Below are positions 1-9,593 of a stretch of DNA of 64,000 nucleotides, piece by piece; positions within the stretch are counted from its first letter, which is position 1; each line of letters starts with the position of its first letter. The translations under genes were made by a program, and so were the position numbers. Below the pieces are notes generated by a model. The model did not search any database and had not been told where the DNA came from. It worked only from the letters and a program-made list of their open reading frames with translations. This DNA comes from an uncultured Planctomycetota bacterium (lineage in GTDB: Bacteria; Planctomycetota; Planctomycetia; Isosphaerales; Isosphaeraceae), in assembly GCA_963823665.1 (NCBI GenBank), contig CAWGMQ010000006.1, forward strand, positions 1,120,001-1,184,000, given 5' to 3'.

Positions 1-65
1 CGGGCCGCCGCCGTCGCTCGCAGGTTTCCTCGTTCCTGCGAAGAATCGTTCAAGGCTCGTGCGGC

Positions 66-250
66 TCAGACTTGAAACACACCTGGGTCGACTCGGAAAT
101 ACCGCGCGAGCGATGTGATTTGCTTGCGGTTGAGTTCTCCTTGCCGTGGAGCACCTCGGAAATTGTCGACATTGATATGCCAACTTCCGCGGAGAGCTTG
201 GACTGCGTAACGCCGCTCGAGTCGATCATGGGCGTCATCGGAGTACTTCG
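66..250 (-). pseudogene. HigA-like HTH (XRE) antitoxin, C-terminal remnant, frameshifted
   Basis: Two minus-strand frames join to give 'MIDSSGVTQSKLSAEVGISMSTISEVLHGK/ELNRKQITSLARYFRVDPGVF', a typical HigA-type HTH tail. No N-terminal half before the divergent kinase. Confidence 0.65.
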
Positions 251-329
251 TTGAAGCTTGGCGCACACTCGCGGAGTAGAATGGGTTGCTGTTGCCGTTC
301 ACCAAACCTCTGACACAGAAAGGGCGAAG

Positions 330-3300
330 ATGCCACCCGTCGGTGCCAGCCGTAACCTGCTGTTCGGGCTACTCGCTCTGCAGAATAACTTTATCGATCG
401 CGATGCCCTGCTCGACGCCTTCAATCGCTGGGTTCACGATAAAGTGCGCCCGCTCGGTGAAATCCTCGTGGATCGAGGTGCACTTGCGCCGGATGAATTC
501 GCGCTTCTGGGTGCGCTCGTCGCCAAGCACCTCGAGAAGTTCGACAACGATCCCCAGAAAAGCCTGGCCGCCCTCAGCTCGATCGGCTCGGCGCGGCAGG
601 ACCTTTCTCGCGTCGCCGATCAAGATGTCCAGGCCAGCCTGGGCTATGTTTCGGCCGCGCGGCACGGCCGGGAGGACGAGTCGGCGCAGAGTCCCGCTCC
701 GACCGTTGTTGGTGGCTCGACTTCGGCCGGAACCCGCTTCGTTGTTCTACGGCCTCACGCCAAGGGAGGTCTGGGTCAGGTCTTCGTTGCTCGGGACACG
801 GAGTTAAACCGAGAGGTTGCTCTCAAGGAAATTCAGGCTCAGTTTGCCTTCGAGCCGCAATTCCGCTCGCGATTCGAGTTCGAGGCCGAGGTGACCGGGG
901 GACTTGAGCATCCAGGAATTGTGCCTGTTTACGGTTTGGGCCACCTACCCGATGGTCGTCCCTTCTACGCGATGCGTTTCATCAAGGGGAATAATCTCCA
1001 AGAGGCAATTGCACGGTTCCACGAAGCAGAGAAGCAGCCCAGGCGCGACCCTGGCCGGAGTAGTTTGGACCTACGTGAGCTGCTGGGCCGATTCATTGAC
1101 GTTTGCGACGCCATCGCGTATGCGCACAGCCGGGGAGTGCTGCACCGTGACCTCAAGCCGGGCAATATCATGCTGGGGAAGTATGGCGAGACCCTGGTTG
1201 TCGACTGGGGTCTGGCGAAGGCCGTCGGGCAATCCGAGCCTGAGAGTGCGATGGAACGACCGGAGCTGCCGCTGAAGCCGACGTCCGGAAGTGCGCTCGA
1301 GGGGACATTGGCCGGCTCGGCGATTGGCACTCCCGCCTACATGAGCCCGGAGCAGGCCGAGGGGCGGATGGACCTGCTTGGGCCACGGAGCGACGTCTAC
1401 TGTCTGGGAGCGACGCTCTATCATCTGTTGACTGGGCGTGCGCCGACCAACGCGGAACAAGGTGCCGATGTTGAACAAAGAGCCCTTTCGGGCGATATTC
1501 CTCGGCCGCGCTCGATCAACCCAGGCGTGGCGCTGGCACTGGAGGCAATTTGCCTGAAGGCGATGGCCGCGAAGCCTCCTAACCGCTACGAATCCGTGCA
1601 GACCCTCAAGTCTGACCTTGAGCGTTGGCTTGCTGACGAGCCTGTAGTGGCCTATCCGGAGCCGTGGTCAGACCGCTTGGCGCGCTGGGGGCGGAAGCAT
1701 CAGACCCTTGTGACGAGCGCGGCCGTGATGCTGCTCATGGCCGCGTGCGCGGCAGCGCTCGTTGCTGCTCAGCGGAATTCCCACGCCCGCGACATCGAGC
1801 GTAAGAACGTCGACCTTGCGAGCGCCAATACTGCGCTCGAGGCAGAGCGCAAGAAGGCGACCGAGGGTGAACAACTGGCTGTCGACGCCGTGAAGCGGTT
1901 CCGCGACGCCGTGATTGAAGAGCCGCAATTGAAGAATAACCCGGTACTTCTGGACCTACGCAAGCGGTTGTTAAAGGAGCCGTTGGCCTTTTTTCGGAGC
2001 CTCCGCGAGCGGCTTCAGGCAGAGCATGACACTCGCACCGAATCGCTGGCTCGGCTCGCCGAGGCAAGCTATGCACTGGGAGATCTGATCTACGAGATCG
2101 GCGACAGGCGGGATGCAATGATCGCTTTTGCGGAATCCCTGGCGATCCGGGAAAAGCTGGCTGGGGCCGACCTTTCCGTCATCGAGTATCAGAGCGACCT
2201 GGCGAGAAGCCACAACGCTATCGGCATCGCGCTGAATGAGTCTGGGAAACCGGCCGATGCCCTGAAGTCGTTCAAGGCGGCGCTGGCCGTTCAGACGAAG
2301 CTGGCTGACGCCAACCCATCCGTCAGCAAGTTTCAGAGCGATCTGGCGCTGAGCCACAACAATATTGGCTTACTGCTGAGTGAAACCGGGAAACCGGCCG
2401 ACGCCCTGAAGTCCGATCGGGCAGCGCTGGCGATTTGGACGAAGCTGGCTGACGCCAGCCCCTCCGTCAGCGACTTTCAGCGCAATCTTGCGACAAGCCA
2501 CAACGATATCGGCATCCTCCTGATGCAGACCGGGAAACCGGCAGACGCCCTGAAGTCCTATCAGGCAGCGCTGGCGATTCAGAGGACGCTTGCTGACGCC
2601 AACCCTGCCGTCCGCGAGTTTCGGAGCGATCTGGCGGGAAGCTACGGCAATATGGGCAACCTGCTAAAAGACACCGGGAGATGGGCCGATGCCCTGAAGA
2701 GTTATGAGGCAGCGCTGGCGATTGAGACGAAGCTGGCTGGCGCCAACCCCTCCGTCAGCGACTTTCAGCGCGTTCTGGCAACACTCCATCACAATATCGG
2801 CAGTCTTCAGATTGACGCCGGGAAACCGTCGGACGCCGCGAAGTCCTATCGCGAAGCGCTGGCGATTCGGGCGAAGCTTGCTGACGCCAGCCCGTCCGTC
2901 AACGTATTTCAGCGCGATCTGGGGAGAAGCCACTATAATATCGGCCTCGTCCTGCGTCTCACGGGGAAACCGGCCGACGCGCTGAAGTCCTATGAAACAG
3001 CGCTGGCAACTCAGAAGAAGCTCGCTGACGCCACCCCCTCCGTCACCGAGTTTCAGAGCGATCTAGCGAGAAGCCATCAAGAATCCGGCATGGTATTGGT
3101 GTCCATTGGGCGAACCGCCAACGCGCTGAAGTCCTATCAGGCAGCGCTCGCGATTCGGAGAAAGCTGGTGCGAGAGCACCCGGAATCGGCCGAGTTCGCG
3201 AGCGACCTGGGCGCAACCTTCAACAATCTCGCTCTCATCGACATGAATGCAAAACGCTTCGTTCCGGCCCGTGACGGGCTGCAAAATGCGGTTGGATACC

Positions 3301-3980
3301 AGCGAAGAGCGCTCGCTTTGAACAACGCTCATCCAAGGTATCGTGAGTTCATGGCGAATCACCTAGGAGCCCTGATCGCAGCAAGCCGAGCGCTCGGCGA
3401 CTTCAAGAGCCTCGCTGAAGCGGAGCGCCAGCTTGTGGAGTTTCGCGAAACAGACCCCGCCATGGCCGCCTTCGATAGCCGCTTGAAAGCGGTTGTCAAA
3501 GGCGAGCAACGTCCGAAGGACGTCGGCGAACGACTCCAATTCGCTCAGCGGGCGTACGACTTAACACGATATGCCGCGGCAACACGATTGTGGCAGGAGG
3601 CGCTCGCGGTGGATCCGAAGCTCGCCGACGATCGCCGGGCGCAGCATCGCTACAACGCCGGGTGCGCCGCCGCGCTCGCGGGGTGCGGCAAGGGCAAGGA
3701 TGACCCTCTCCCTTCCGGTGACCAAAAAACCAAGCTTCGACAACAAGCTCTCGACTGGCTGACCGCCGAGTTCGGCGTCTGGGCGAAGTTGCTTGGAACG
3801 GTTAAGAAAGAACAGCGCGGCATCATCGTCAACACACTCGAACACTGGCAGCAGGATACCGACCTCGCTGGCATCCGCGATGACGGGGAACTGGCCAAAC
3901 TGCCCGAGGCCGAGCGTGCGGCGTTCCGCAAGCTTTGGGCCGATGTCGGTGTACTCCTCAAGCAGGCATCGCGACCTTGA
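330..3980 (+). CDS. Hanks-type Ser/Thr protein kinase with hydrophobic segment and TPR array
   Basis: Motifs HAKGGLGQV, VALKEI, HRDLKPGN, DWGLAK, GTPAYMSPE; then 48-aa TPR-like repeats. ATG at 330 is in frame with ORF 258..3980. Confidence 0.93.
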   Translation: MPPVGASRNLLFGLLALQNNFIDRDALLDAFNRWVHDKVRPLGEILVDRGALAPDEFALLGALVAKHLEKFDNDPQKSLAALSSIGSARQDLSRVADQDVQASLGYVSAARHGREDESAQSPAPTVVGGSTSAGTRFVVLRPHAKGGLGQVFVARDTELNREVALKEIQAQFAFEPQFRSRFEFEAEVTGGLEHPGIVPVYGLGHLPDGRPFYAMRFIKGNNLQEAIARFHEAEKQPRRDPGRSSLDLRELLGRFIDVCDAIAYAHSRGVLHRDLKPGNIMLGKYGETLVVDWGLAKAVGQSEPESAMERPELPLKPTSGSALEGTLAGSAIGTPAYMSPEQAEGRMDLLGPRSDVYCLGATLYHLLTGRAPTNAEQGADVEQRALSGDIPRPRSINPGVALALEAICLKAMAAKPPNRYESVQTLKSDLERWLADEPVVAYPEPWSDRLARWGRKHQTLVTSAAVMLLMAACAAALVAAQRNSHARDIERKNVDLASANTALEAERKKATEGEQLAVDAVKRFRDAVIEEPQLKNNPVLLDLRKRLLKEPLAFFRSLRERLQAEHDTRTESLARLAEASYALGDLIYEIGDRRDAMIAFAESLAIREKLAGADLSVIEYQSDLARSHNAIGIALNESGKPADALKSFKAALAVQTKLADANPSVSKFQSDLALSHNNIGLLLSETGKPADALKSDRAALAIWTKLADASPSVSDFQRNLATSHNDIGILLMQTGKPADALKSYQAALAIQRTLADANPAVREFRSDLAGSYGNMGNLLKDTGRWADALKSYEAALAIETKLAGANPSVSDFQRVLATLHHNIGSLQIDAGKPSDAAKSYREALAIRAKLADASPSVNVFQRDLGRSHYNIGLVLRLTGKPADALKSYETALATQKKLADATPSVTEFQSDLARSHQESGMVLVSIGRTANALKSYQAALAIRRKLVREHPESAEFASDLGATFNNLALIDMNAKRFVPARDGLQNAVGYQRRALALNNAHPRYREFMANHLGALIAASRALGDFKSLAEAERQLVEFRETDPAMAAFDSRLKAVVKGEQRPKDVGERLQFAQRAYDLTRYAAATRLWQEALAVDPKLADDRRAQHRYNAGCAAALAGCGKGKDDPLPSGDQKTKLRQQALDWLTAEFGVWAKLLGTVKKEQRGIIVNTLEHWQQDTDLAGIRDDGELAKLPEAERAAFRKLWADVGVLLKQASRP
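2055..3350 (+). repeat. Intragenic tandem repeat, 144-bp (48-aa) TPR-like units, about 9 copies
   Basis: GGGAAACCGGCCGA(C/T)GCCCTGAAG recurs at 144-bp spacing (about 2244, 2388, 2532 and onward); protein unit LAxSHNxIGxxLxxxGKPADALKSYxAALAIxxKLADANPSVxxFQxD. Confidence 0.9.
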
Positions 3981-4037
3981 ACGGGGAAGGTGTCAGGAAC
4001 CGGACGGGGAAAAGGTGTCAGAAAAGTGTCAGGATCC
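3981..4037. repeat. Cluster of three short AAGGTGTCAGGA-like intergenic repeats
   Basis: ACGGGGAAGGTGTCAGGAACC (3981-4001), ACGGGGAAAAGGTGTCAG (4004-4021), AAAAGTGTCAGGATCC (4022-4037) directly after the kinase stop. Confidence 0.7.
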
Positions 4038-4339
4038 GAAAGCCTGATTTCCATCTGCCCACGCGCGCAGTGATTCGATCGCGACCCTGATTATTGGATG
4101 GCCGGCCCGCTCCCCGAATTGCCCTCGAGTGGGTCGCCGCCACGAGCACGCAGCCTTACCGACAGGCTTCCACGAGCGCACGTTCGATCGCGGTTGAAGT
4201 GACCGGAGGTGGTTCGTCCGTCGTCAAGCTGCGTTGGGCCGTTTACGCGCCGTCGCGCGACGTCGTGGCCGTCACGCCCAAAGAGCCCCTCACCTTCTCG
4301 CGGTCGCGTCACCCATGGGGGCGCTGCGGCTCCGAGCCT

Positions 4340-4490
4340 TCTCAGCTCCGCCTCGACTCTGGCGAGTTGGCGCGGTGGGGCAAAACCCAGCACCTTGATG
4401 ACATCACCTCGATCGTTTCGCGCCAGCCAGTTGCATTTGGCCACGTTGGGCTTGTTCAGGCCTGTCCTGGGGTGGTAGGGCATACGACGA
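4340..4490 (-). pseudogene. PemK/MazF-like toxin, C-terminal remnant
   Basis: 'PYHPRTGLNKPNVAKCNWLARNDRGDVIKVLGFAPPRQLARVEAELRRL' resembles the MazF C-terminal half (TGL..S...C.....I....LG). The N-terminal K.RP catalytic region is absent. Confidence 0.55.
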
Positions 4491-4745
4491 CCCCAGTTCG
4501 TTGCCCCATTCCGCAGGGACTGGATGCCGGTCGATCAGTTCATCGAGCTCCTTGTTACTTAGCGCCGTCTTCTCAATCTCGGCCCTGGCAACGGCTTCAT
4601 CGGCTTGGTTGCCCACCTTGGCCTGCAAGACCAAGCGACGGCCGTCAGGCATGACAGCGATCACGTCGAACAGCCGCTTGAGGTCCTCGACCAACTCTGA
4701 GAGCTCGTCGTGCTCAATAACCAGACGGGGCTGCTCGGGAATCAA
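4404..4745 (-). CDS. Small hypothetical protein, probable antitoxin partner (3' end runs into toxin remnant)
   Basis: AAGGAGG upstream of a TTG start; acidic tail 'LSNKELDELIDRHPVPAEW' immediately upstream of the toxin remnant. Confidence 0.45.
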   Translation of the reverse strand: MIPEQPRLVIEHDELSELVEDLKRLFDVIAVMPDGRRLVLQAKVGNQADEAVARAEIEKTALSNKELDELIDRHPVPAEWGNELGSSYALPPQDRPEQAQRGQMQLAGAKRSR

Positions 4746-4818
4746 GGTCCGAAATCGACCTCCTTATCGATGGAAGCCGTGGTTTGCACACGGCCGAAGT
4801 ACCGGTGGCCTCTTGCAC

Positions 4819-4868
4819 TTGACACCGATAGACGTGATGTCTATCATCCCACGTAGACATGATGTCAA
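4819..4868 (+). promoter_or_regulatory. Sigma70-type promoter with two palindromic operators for the BlaI-family repressor
   Basis: TTGACA 4819-4824, 17-bp spacer, TATCAT 4842-4847; GATAGAC-N5-GTCTATC at 4827-4845 and TAGAC-N5-GTCAA at 4854-4868. Confidence 0.85.
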
Positions 4869-4880
4869 TGGAGTTCGCGA

Positions 4881-5255
4881 GTGGCCGTTCCCAAGGCATT
4901 TATCACCGACACCGAACTGGACCTCCTCAAGGTCTTGTGGGGCCATCAGCCCCTCACGGCCCGAGCGATCGCCGGTCGACTGTATGGGGAAGAAAACTCC
5001 TCCGCGATCGGGACGGTGCAAAAGCTGATTCAGCGGCTGGAAGAAAAAGAGCTTGTTGTGCGCGACCGCCGCGAGCCGGTGCACCGCTTCTCCACCCTCG
5101 TGACGCGCGAGGCGGTCGCCGGCATGCAGTTGCAGGTACTTGCGGAAAAGCTCTCGGACGGGTCACTCTCGCCGTTCATCATGCACCTGGTGCAGGCCGA
5201 GCACTTGAGCAAAAAAGAGAAGCAAGCGCTGCTGCGTCTGCTGCGGAACCAATAA
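4881..5255 (+). CDS. BlaI/MecI/CopY family transcriptional repressor
   Basis: 'ITDTELDLLKVLW...TVQKLIQRLEEKELV...GSLSPFIMHLV...LSKKE'; directly upstream of an M56 gene. Confidence 0.92.
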   Translation: MAVPKAFITDTELDLLKVLWGHQPLTARAIAGRLYGEENSSAIGTVQKLIQRLEEKELVVRDRREPVHRFSTLVTREAVAGMQLQVLAEKLSDGSLSPFIMHLVQAEHLSKKEKQALLRLLRNQ

Positions 5256-5267
5256 GAAAACACGATC

Positions 5268-7091
5268 ATGGACAGCTTCCTGAGCACCATCGTCTCAAAT
5301 ACGGCCTTCGCGGGCGCGCTAGCCCTTGTCGCGTTCGGCGTGCAAAGAACCGGACGAAGCCCTCAGCTAGCCCACGCACTTTGGCTTATGGTCCTCCTCA
5401 AACTGGTCACGCCTCCGGTGTTTCATGTTGCTCTACCGGTCAGGTTCGGGTTGTCGGTCAGTGGAGTGGCAGACCGCGGTTCGCCCGAAAACATGGACGG
5501 CTCAAAGACGTCAGTCGTCGCCGAACGGATGCTGCCGCCGATAACGTCGCCGTCGAAACCAGCCCGTCGCGACGGCAAGCCGATTCCTGCCGCCGACCTA
5601 GCGACGGGGGGGCCTGCCGAGATGAGAGCGGAGACAATGTCCCCCGCCCCGCCCGGCGCATCCGCCGTCTCACGCTTGGCGACTGTGCGCGCGGGCCGGT
5701 GGCAAGTTTTGCTGTGTGCCGTCTGGGCGGGCGGCGTAATCGTTGGCCTGGCGATCCTTTTCAGGCGGCTGGGTCAGTTCCACAGACTCTTGATCGAAGC
5801 CGTGGACGGGGATGTCACCCTAACTGACGACGTTCGAGCGTTGGCGAGACGGTTGGGAATGCGGAACTGCCCGTCGATTCGGATTCTTGACGCGCACGTT
5901 CCACCGCTTGTGTTTGCGGCGTGGCGCAGTGTGATTTTTCTGATCCCCGCACGGCTGCTTTTGGGGCTGGATCGCAAGCAATTGCACGCAGTCCTGGTCC
6001 ACGAACTGGCACACATCCGCCGCCGCGACCATCTGACGCGATGGTTCGAAATATTCGTTCGAGGAATCTTCTGGTGGCATCCGCTGGCCTGGTGGGGCAG
6101 CCGTCAGCTTCGACAGGCGGAAGAGGAGTGTTGTGATGCGTGGGTCGTGTGGGCCCTGCCCAATAGCCGGAGAAGCTACGGCGAAGCGTTGTTATGGACG
6201 ATTGAATTCCTCGCCGAGCGCCGCCTCTTTTCGGTCGTTGCCGGAACGGCGCTCGGCGGTTCCCACGTCAAACGGAGAATCGAGATGATCATGAACCAGC
6301 AATTGAGTCGCCGGATGTCATGGGGCGCGCTAATCGCCTTGGTTGTTGTGAGCGCCAGCATGTTGCCGGTCGCGGCACGCACAGGCGCCAACGAAGTGCA
6401 AGGCGCCATTCAAGAGCGCGGCAACGATTCCGTCCCGAAGCCATCCAAGGAGTTCGCGGATGTACTTTCGCAAGCGGTGCCCGAGAAGCGCGACCTCGAA
6501 GCCCGGGTCGAGCAATTGGAGCTGCTCGTGCAGGAATTGTCGAAGATAGTCAATCGTCCGGCCCCTGATTCCAACAAACAGGGACAGATCGAACGCGACG
6601 TGCTGACCGCTCCAAGCACGAAGGACGCAAAAATGCGCCTGTTCGAATCCGATCGGAACCCCGGACGCCTGTTTCCTATGCGTACTCCAGAAAAGGAGGA
6701 AGACCGGCAGCTCAAGGACATTCTTATCGCTCTGGAAAAGGAATTTTGGGACGCCGCCGGCAAGGGGGATTGGAGGGTGTATGAGAAACTGCTAGACGAT
6801 GAACTTTTCAGTTTCTCCGTGACTTCGTCCGGCTCCGCACGTGCGTACAAGGCAACCAGCGTCGCGGCCGTGAAGCGTCGGCATTTCTTCGATGTGCACA
6901 TACGGGATGAAATAGCCAAACGGATCGCCAAGGGCACAGCGGTTCTCACGTACATCTACAGTTGCAAGGTCGAGGAAGCGGGGCACGTTCAAACCTATCG
7001 GGACCACCAGGCAACGCGAGTGTGGACACAGAAGGATGGCCGTTGGGTCCTCAGCTTTTCCGAGGATTTCATCTTGCCCGGAGGAGAATAG
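5268..7091 (+). CDS. BlaR1-like M56 metallopeptidase with C-terminal NTF2-like (DUF4440-type) domain
   Basis: HELAHIRRRD, 'WWHPLAWW', 'EEECCD', 'KRRIEMI' followed by a membrane helix; C-terminal 'LEKEFWDAAGKGDW...TRVWTQKDGRW'. Confidence 0.9.
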   Translation: MDSFLSTIVSNTAFAGALALVAFGVQRTGRSPQLAHALWLMVLLKLVTPPVFHVALPVRFGLSVSGVADRGSPENMDGSKTSVVAERMLPPITSPSKPARRDGKPIPAADLATGGPAEMRAETMSPAPPGASAVSRLATVRAGRWQVLLCAVWAGGVIVGLAILFRRLGQFHRLLIEAVDGDVTLTDDVRALARRLGMRNCPSIRILDAHVPPLVFAAWRSVIFLIPARLLLGLDRKQLHAVLVHELAHIRRRDHLTRWFEIFVRGIFWWHPLAWWGSRQLRQAEEECCDAWVVWALPNSRRSYGEALLWTIEFLAERRLFSVVAGTALGGSHVKRRIEMIMNQQLSRRMSWGALIALVVVSASMLPVAARTGANEVQGAIQERGNDSVPKPSKEFADVLSQAVPEKRDLEARVEQLELLVQELSKIVNRPAPDSNKQGQIERDVLTAPSTKDAKMRLFESDRNPGRLFPMRTPEKEEDRQLKDILIALEKEFWDAAGKGDWRVYEKLLDDELFSFSVTSSGSARAYKATSVAAVKRRHFFDVHIRDEIAKRIAKGTAVLTYIYSCKVEEAGHVQTYRDHQATRVWTQKDGRWVLSFSEDFILPGGE

Positions 7092-7236
7092 GGAAGCAAG
7101 ACACCCACCCACCCTTTCGTCGGGAATCAAAGATGAAACCGTGCGGGGAAAGGCGCAGCCGGACACGCATTCTCTCCGAGTGATCCATCCATGGCTGCCT
7201 CAAACTCGCCAAAACGCTGGGTGTCTTGAATCCCCC
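7091..7236. mobile_element. Possible MITE-like element of about 145 bp bounded by inverted repeats
   Basis: CAAGACACCCA (7097-7107) and its exact reverse complement TGGGTGTCTTG (7218-7228). It lies between the M56 stop and a truncated gene. Confidence 0.45.
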
Positions 7237-7240
7237 CGCG

Positions 7241-7680
7241 ATCCGCGACCTGATGGAGCGGTACGTCGACCGGTTGCCCGGGCGCGAGTCGAGGAGAAGG
7301 AGTTCGCGATCGCCTGGCACTATCGCCAAGCCGAGCCCGACCTGGCGGCGCTGCGAGCGCAGGAGCTGAGCGACCACCTGATCGACCTGACCGAGACAAG
7401 CGAGCTGCGGGTCATGCAGGGGCACAAGGTCGTGGAGGTCGGGCCAGCCGGGACGAGCAATGGGACGGCCTGCCAGGCGTTTCTGTCCCGGGACTACGAC
7501 TTCGTGCTGGGCGTGGGGGACGACTCCACGGACGAAGACCTGTTCCAGGTCCTGCCGCCATCGGCCTACTCCATCCGCGTCGGCCTGACACAATCCTACG
7601 CCCGCTACAACGTCGCGGACCAGGCCGAGATCCTCGGCCTGGTCGAGTCCCTTGCCGCCTCCCCACTCGATGCGCCGTGA
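7241..7680 (+). pseudogene. Trehalose-6-phosphate phosphatase (HAD) C-terminal fragment
   Basis: 'IRDLMERYVDRLPG/VEEKEFAIAWHYRQAEP...GHKVVEV...GDDSTDEDLF...SIRVG'. No N-terminal part and no start. Confidence 0.8.
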
Positions 7681-8076
7681 CCCGACTGACGTAACGATGT
7701 GCGTAGGGATCACCCCGCACAAGATTGGGACGCAGTTATTCGAGGCACGATACCCGAGCCAGTCTGGCAGGGTTCAAGAGTGCGTCGGCGTGTCGGTCCG
7801 GAGCGATCCTCGGGTCGGTCTGGCGCGATCGCTCGGTGCGAAGCCCGTTCCTTGACACCGGCCGTCGCATGGGTCAACCTCGGATCTGTTACGGTGACCG
7901 TGCTGACTACTGGACGTCGAATTCTTGTTCGGCGGCTCGACTTAACGGACCTTGCTTCGAACATGGCCATCAATGCGATCGGCCAAGCTTCAGTGAAGAC
8001 GGCTGACGTTGGCACGACGCGCGCTGGGCCTCGCGGATTAACTCTTTGATTCGACAACTCTCCAAGGGACAATGCG

Positions 8077-8472
8077 ATGGAGAACCAGCCTGAAAACCAT
8101 CACGGAACACCCAAGGCGTTGCAGGTAATCGGAAAGGTCGCCTGGGTGATTATTTGGCTCACCATGCTCATTTGGGGCTTCTGTGGTGTGAATTTCGTTG
8201 CGGTTGGCATCATTTCATTCCTTGTTGATTTAGGTGAATGGGGGCCCAGGATAAACGGCGGCTTGGTGCAGACGATCATGGGAAAGATTGTGTTTGCCGC
8301 AATTGGCATCACGTTGGGAATGACCAGCGTCGGCTTTTTCTGGCTGGGTTACCGAAAGCGAAATGGCGCCGCCGTGATTTTCTTTGCGGTTGCCCTGGTC
8401 GGCTATTTTGCAGTTGGATGGACTACAGGCGTCCATAGCGTTAGCGGTGGCGTCGGCGGAGCTGGCTATTAA
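8077..8472 (+). CDS. Small hypothetical membrane protein
   Basis: 131-aa ORF with about three hydrophobic segments, purine-rich leader, visibly more AT-rich than the flanks. Confidence 0.65.
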   Translation: MENQPENHHGTPKALQVIGKVAWVIIWLTMLIWGFCGVNFVAVGIISFLVDLGEWGPRINGGLVQTIMGKIVFAAIGITLGMTSVGFFWLGYRKRNGAAVIFFAVALVGYFAVGWTTGVHSVSGGVGGAGY

Positions 8473-8634
8473 ATCTCGGAACGGAGCGAACAGCGGGCGA
8501 AGCGGCGGCGGCGAGCTCTCGTGTTGCGAAGTGTCACGCGCAGCTTGAGCCCCTAACTCTGTCCCGTTGAAGCGTTTGCCCGTTATCGTGGGATAATCTC
8601 TGTTAGCCTTGACCGGCCTTAGCGGAGAGTCACC

Positions 8635-9048
8635 ATGGCCTCGAAGGAAGAAGTTGTTGCATTCATTACCGCCGAGCTTCCGCAGACCAAGTGCGTTGTC
8701 CAGGAGGTTGGCAATCGCGGATCCACGGTGTCCCACGAAATCGGTCCCAGCGAATTGCGACCTGGAGGAACGGTGGCAGGCCCGGTGCTCATGACGGTCG
8801 CAGACGTGGCGCTCTACGTTGCCATCCTCGGCGAAATCGGAATCGTCCCGCTGGCCGTAACCACGAGCCTGACAATTAATTTTCTGCGTAAGCCCGTCGC
8901 GACCAATCCCATCATCGGCGTGTGCAAGTTGTTGAAGCTTGGCAAGTCGTTGGCCGTCGGCGAAGTTTCGCTCTACTCGGAAAACGACTGCGAGCCCGTG
9001 GCTCACGTGGTGGGAACATACTCCATTCCACCGCGTGTCACATCTTGA
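8635..9048 (+). CDS. PaaI-family thioesterase (hotdog fold)
   Basis: 'LRPGGTVAGPVLMTVADVA...AVTTSLTINFLRKP...KLGKSLAVGEV'; GGAG RBS. Confidence 0.92.
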   Translation: MASKEEVVAFITAELPQTKCVVQEVGNRGSTVSHEIGPSELRPGGTVAGPVLMTVADVALYVAILGEIGIVPLAVTTSLTINFLRKPVATNPIIGVCKLLKLGKSLAVGEVSLYSENDCEPVAHVVGTYSIPPRVTS

Positions 9049-9079
9049 ATGGCCGCACAATCCCCAGAGCGGGCGCGAC

Positions 9080-9593
9080 CATCGATGACGACTTCCGCGA
9101 GTACTCGCACTTCCACGTGAACAAGGCGACCGAGCTGCTCCAGCCCCTGCACACGCCGGGGCAGGACCCGCTGCCCGACTTCTCCCAGGCGACCCGCCAG
9201 CCGTTCGAGCCCCAAGCCCACGTGATCGCGGCTGCCGTCAAGATGCTCGACGAGACGCGCCGCGGCATGCTCGTGGCGGAGCCCGGTTCGGGGAAGACGC
9301 TGATGGGCGTGCTGACCATCCACCAGCACGCCGAGCGATCGGTCCGCAAGGGCGGTTGCAACGGGAACTACAGGGCGAGCGTGCTCTGCCCGGATCATCT
9401 CCGCAAGAAATGGAAATCGGAGCTGGAGGAGACGATTCCCGGCGTGAAGGTGACGCTCGTCGATGTCGCCGATAAGGGGTGCAAGTACCTGATCTCGGAC
9501 ATGACCCTGCTGCACGACCGCTTAAAGGGCCCCAGAGGCCGGTGGAGGAAGCCGGAGGGAGCGGAGTGGTATCTCCGTCGGCCTCGCGTCTGA
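9080..9593 (+). pseudogene. N-terminal fragment of an SF2 (SNF2/DEAD-like) helicase
   Basis: Q-motif-like 'PFEPQAHVI', Walker A 'AEPGSGKT', motif Ia 'VLCPDHLRKKW'; ends before motif II. Confidence 0.7.

Noticed and set aside
2055..3350. Diversity-generating retroelement template/variable repeats
   Set aside because: No reverse transcriptase in the window, differences are not adenine-specific, and the repeats are in-frame tandem units.
7690..8070. Several overlapping 90-120 aa ORFs
   Set aside because: No motifs, RBS or coding-like composition in any frame.
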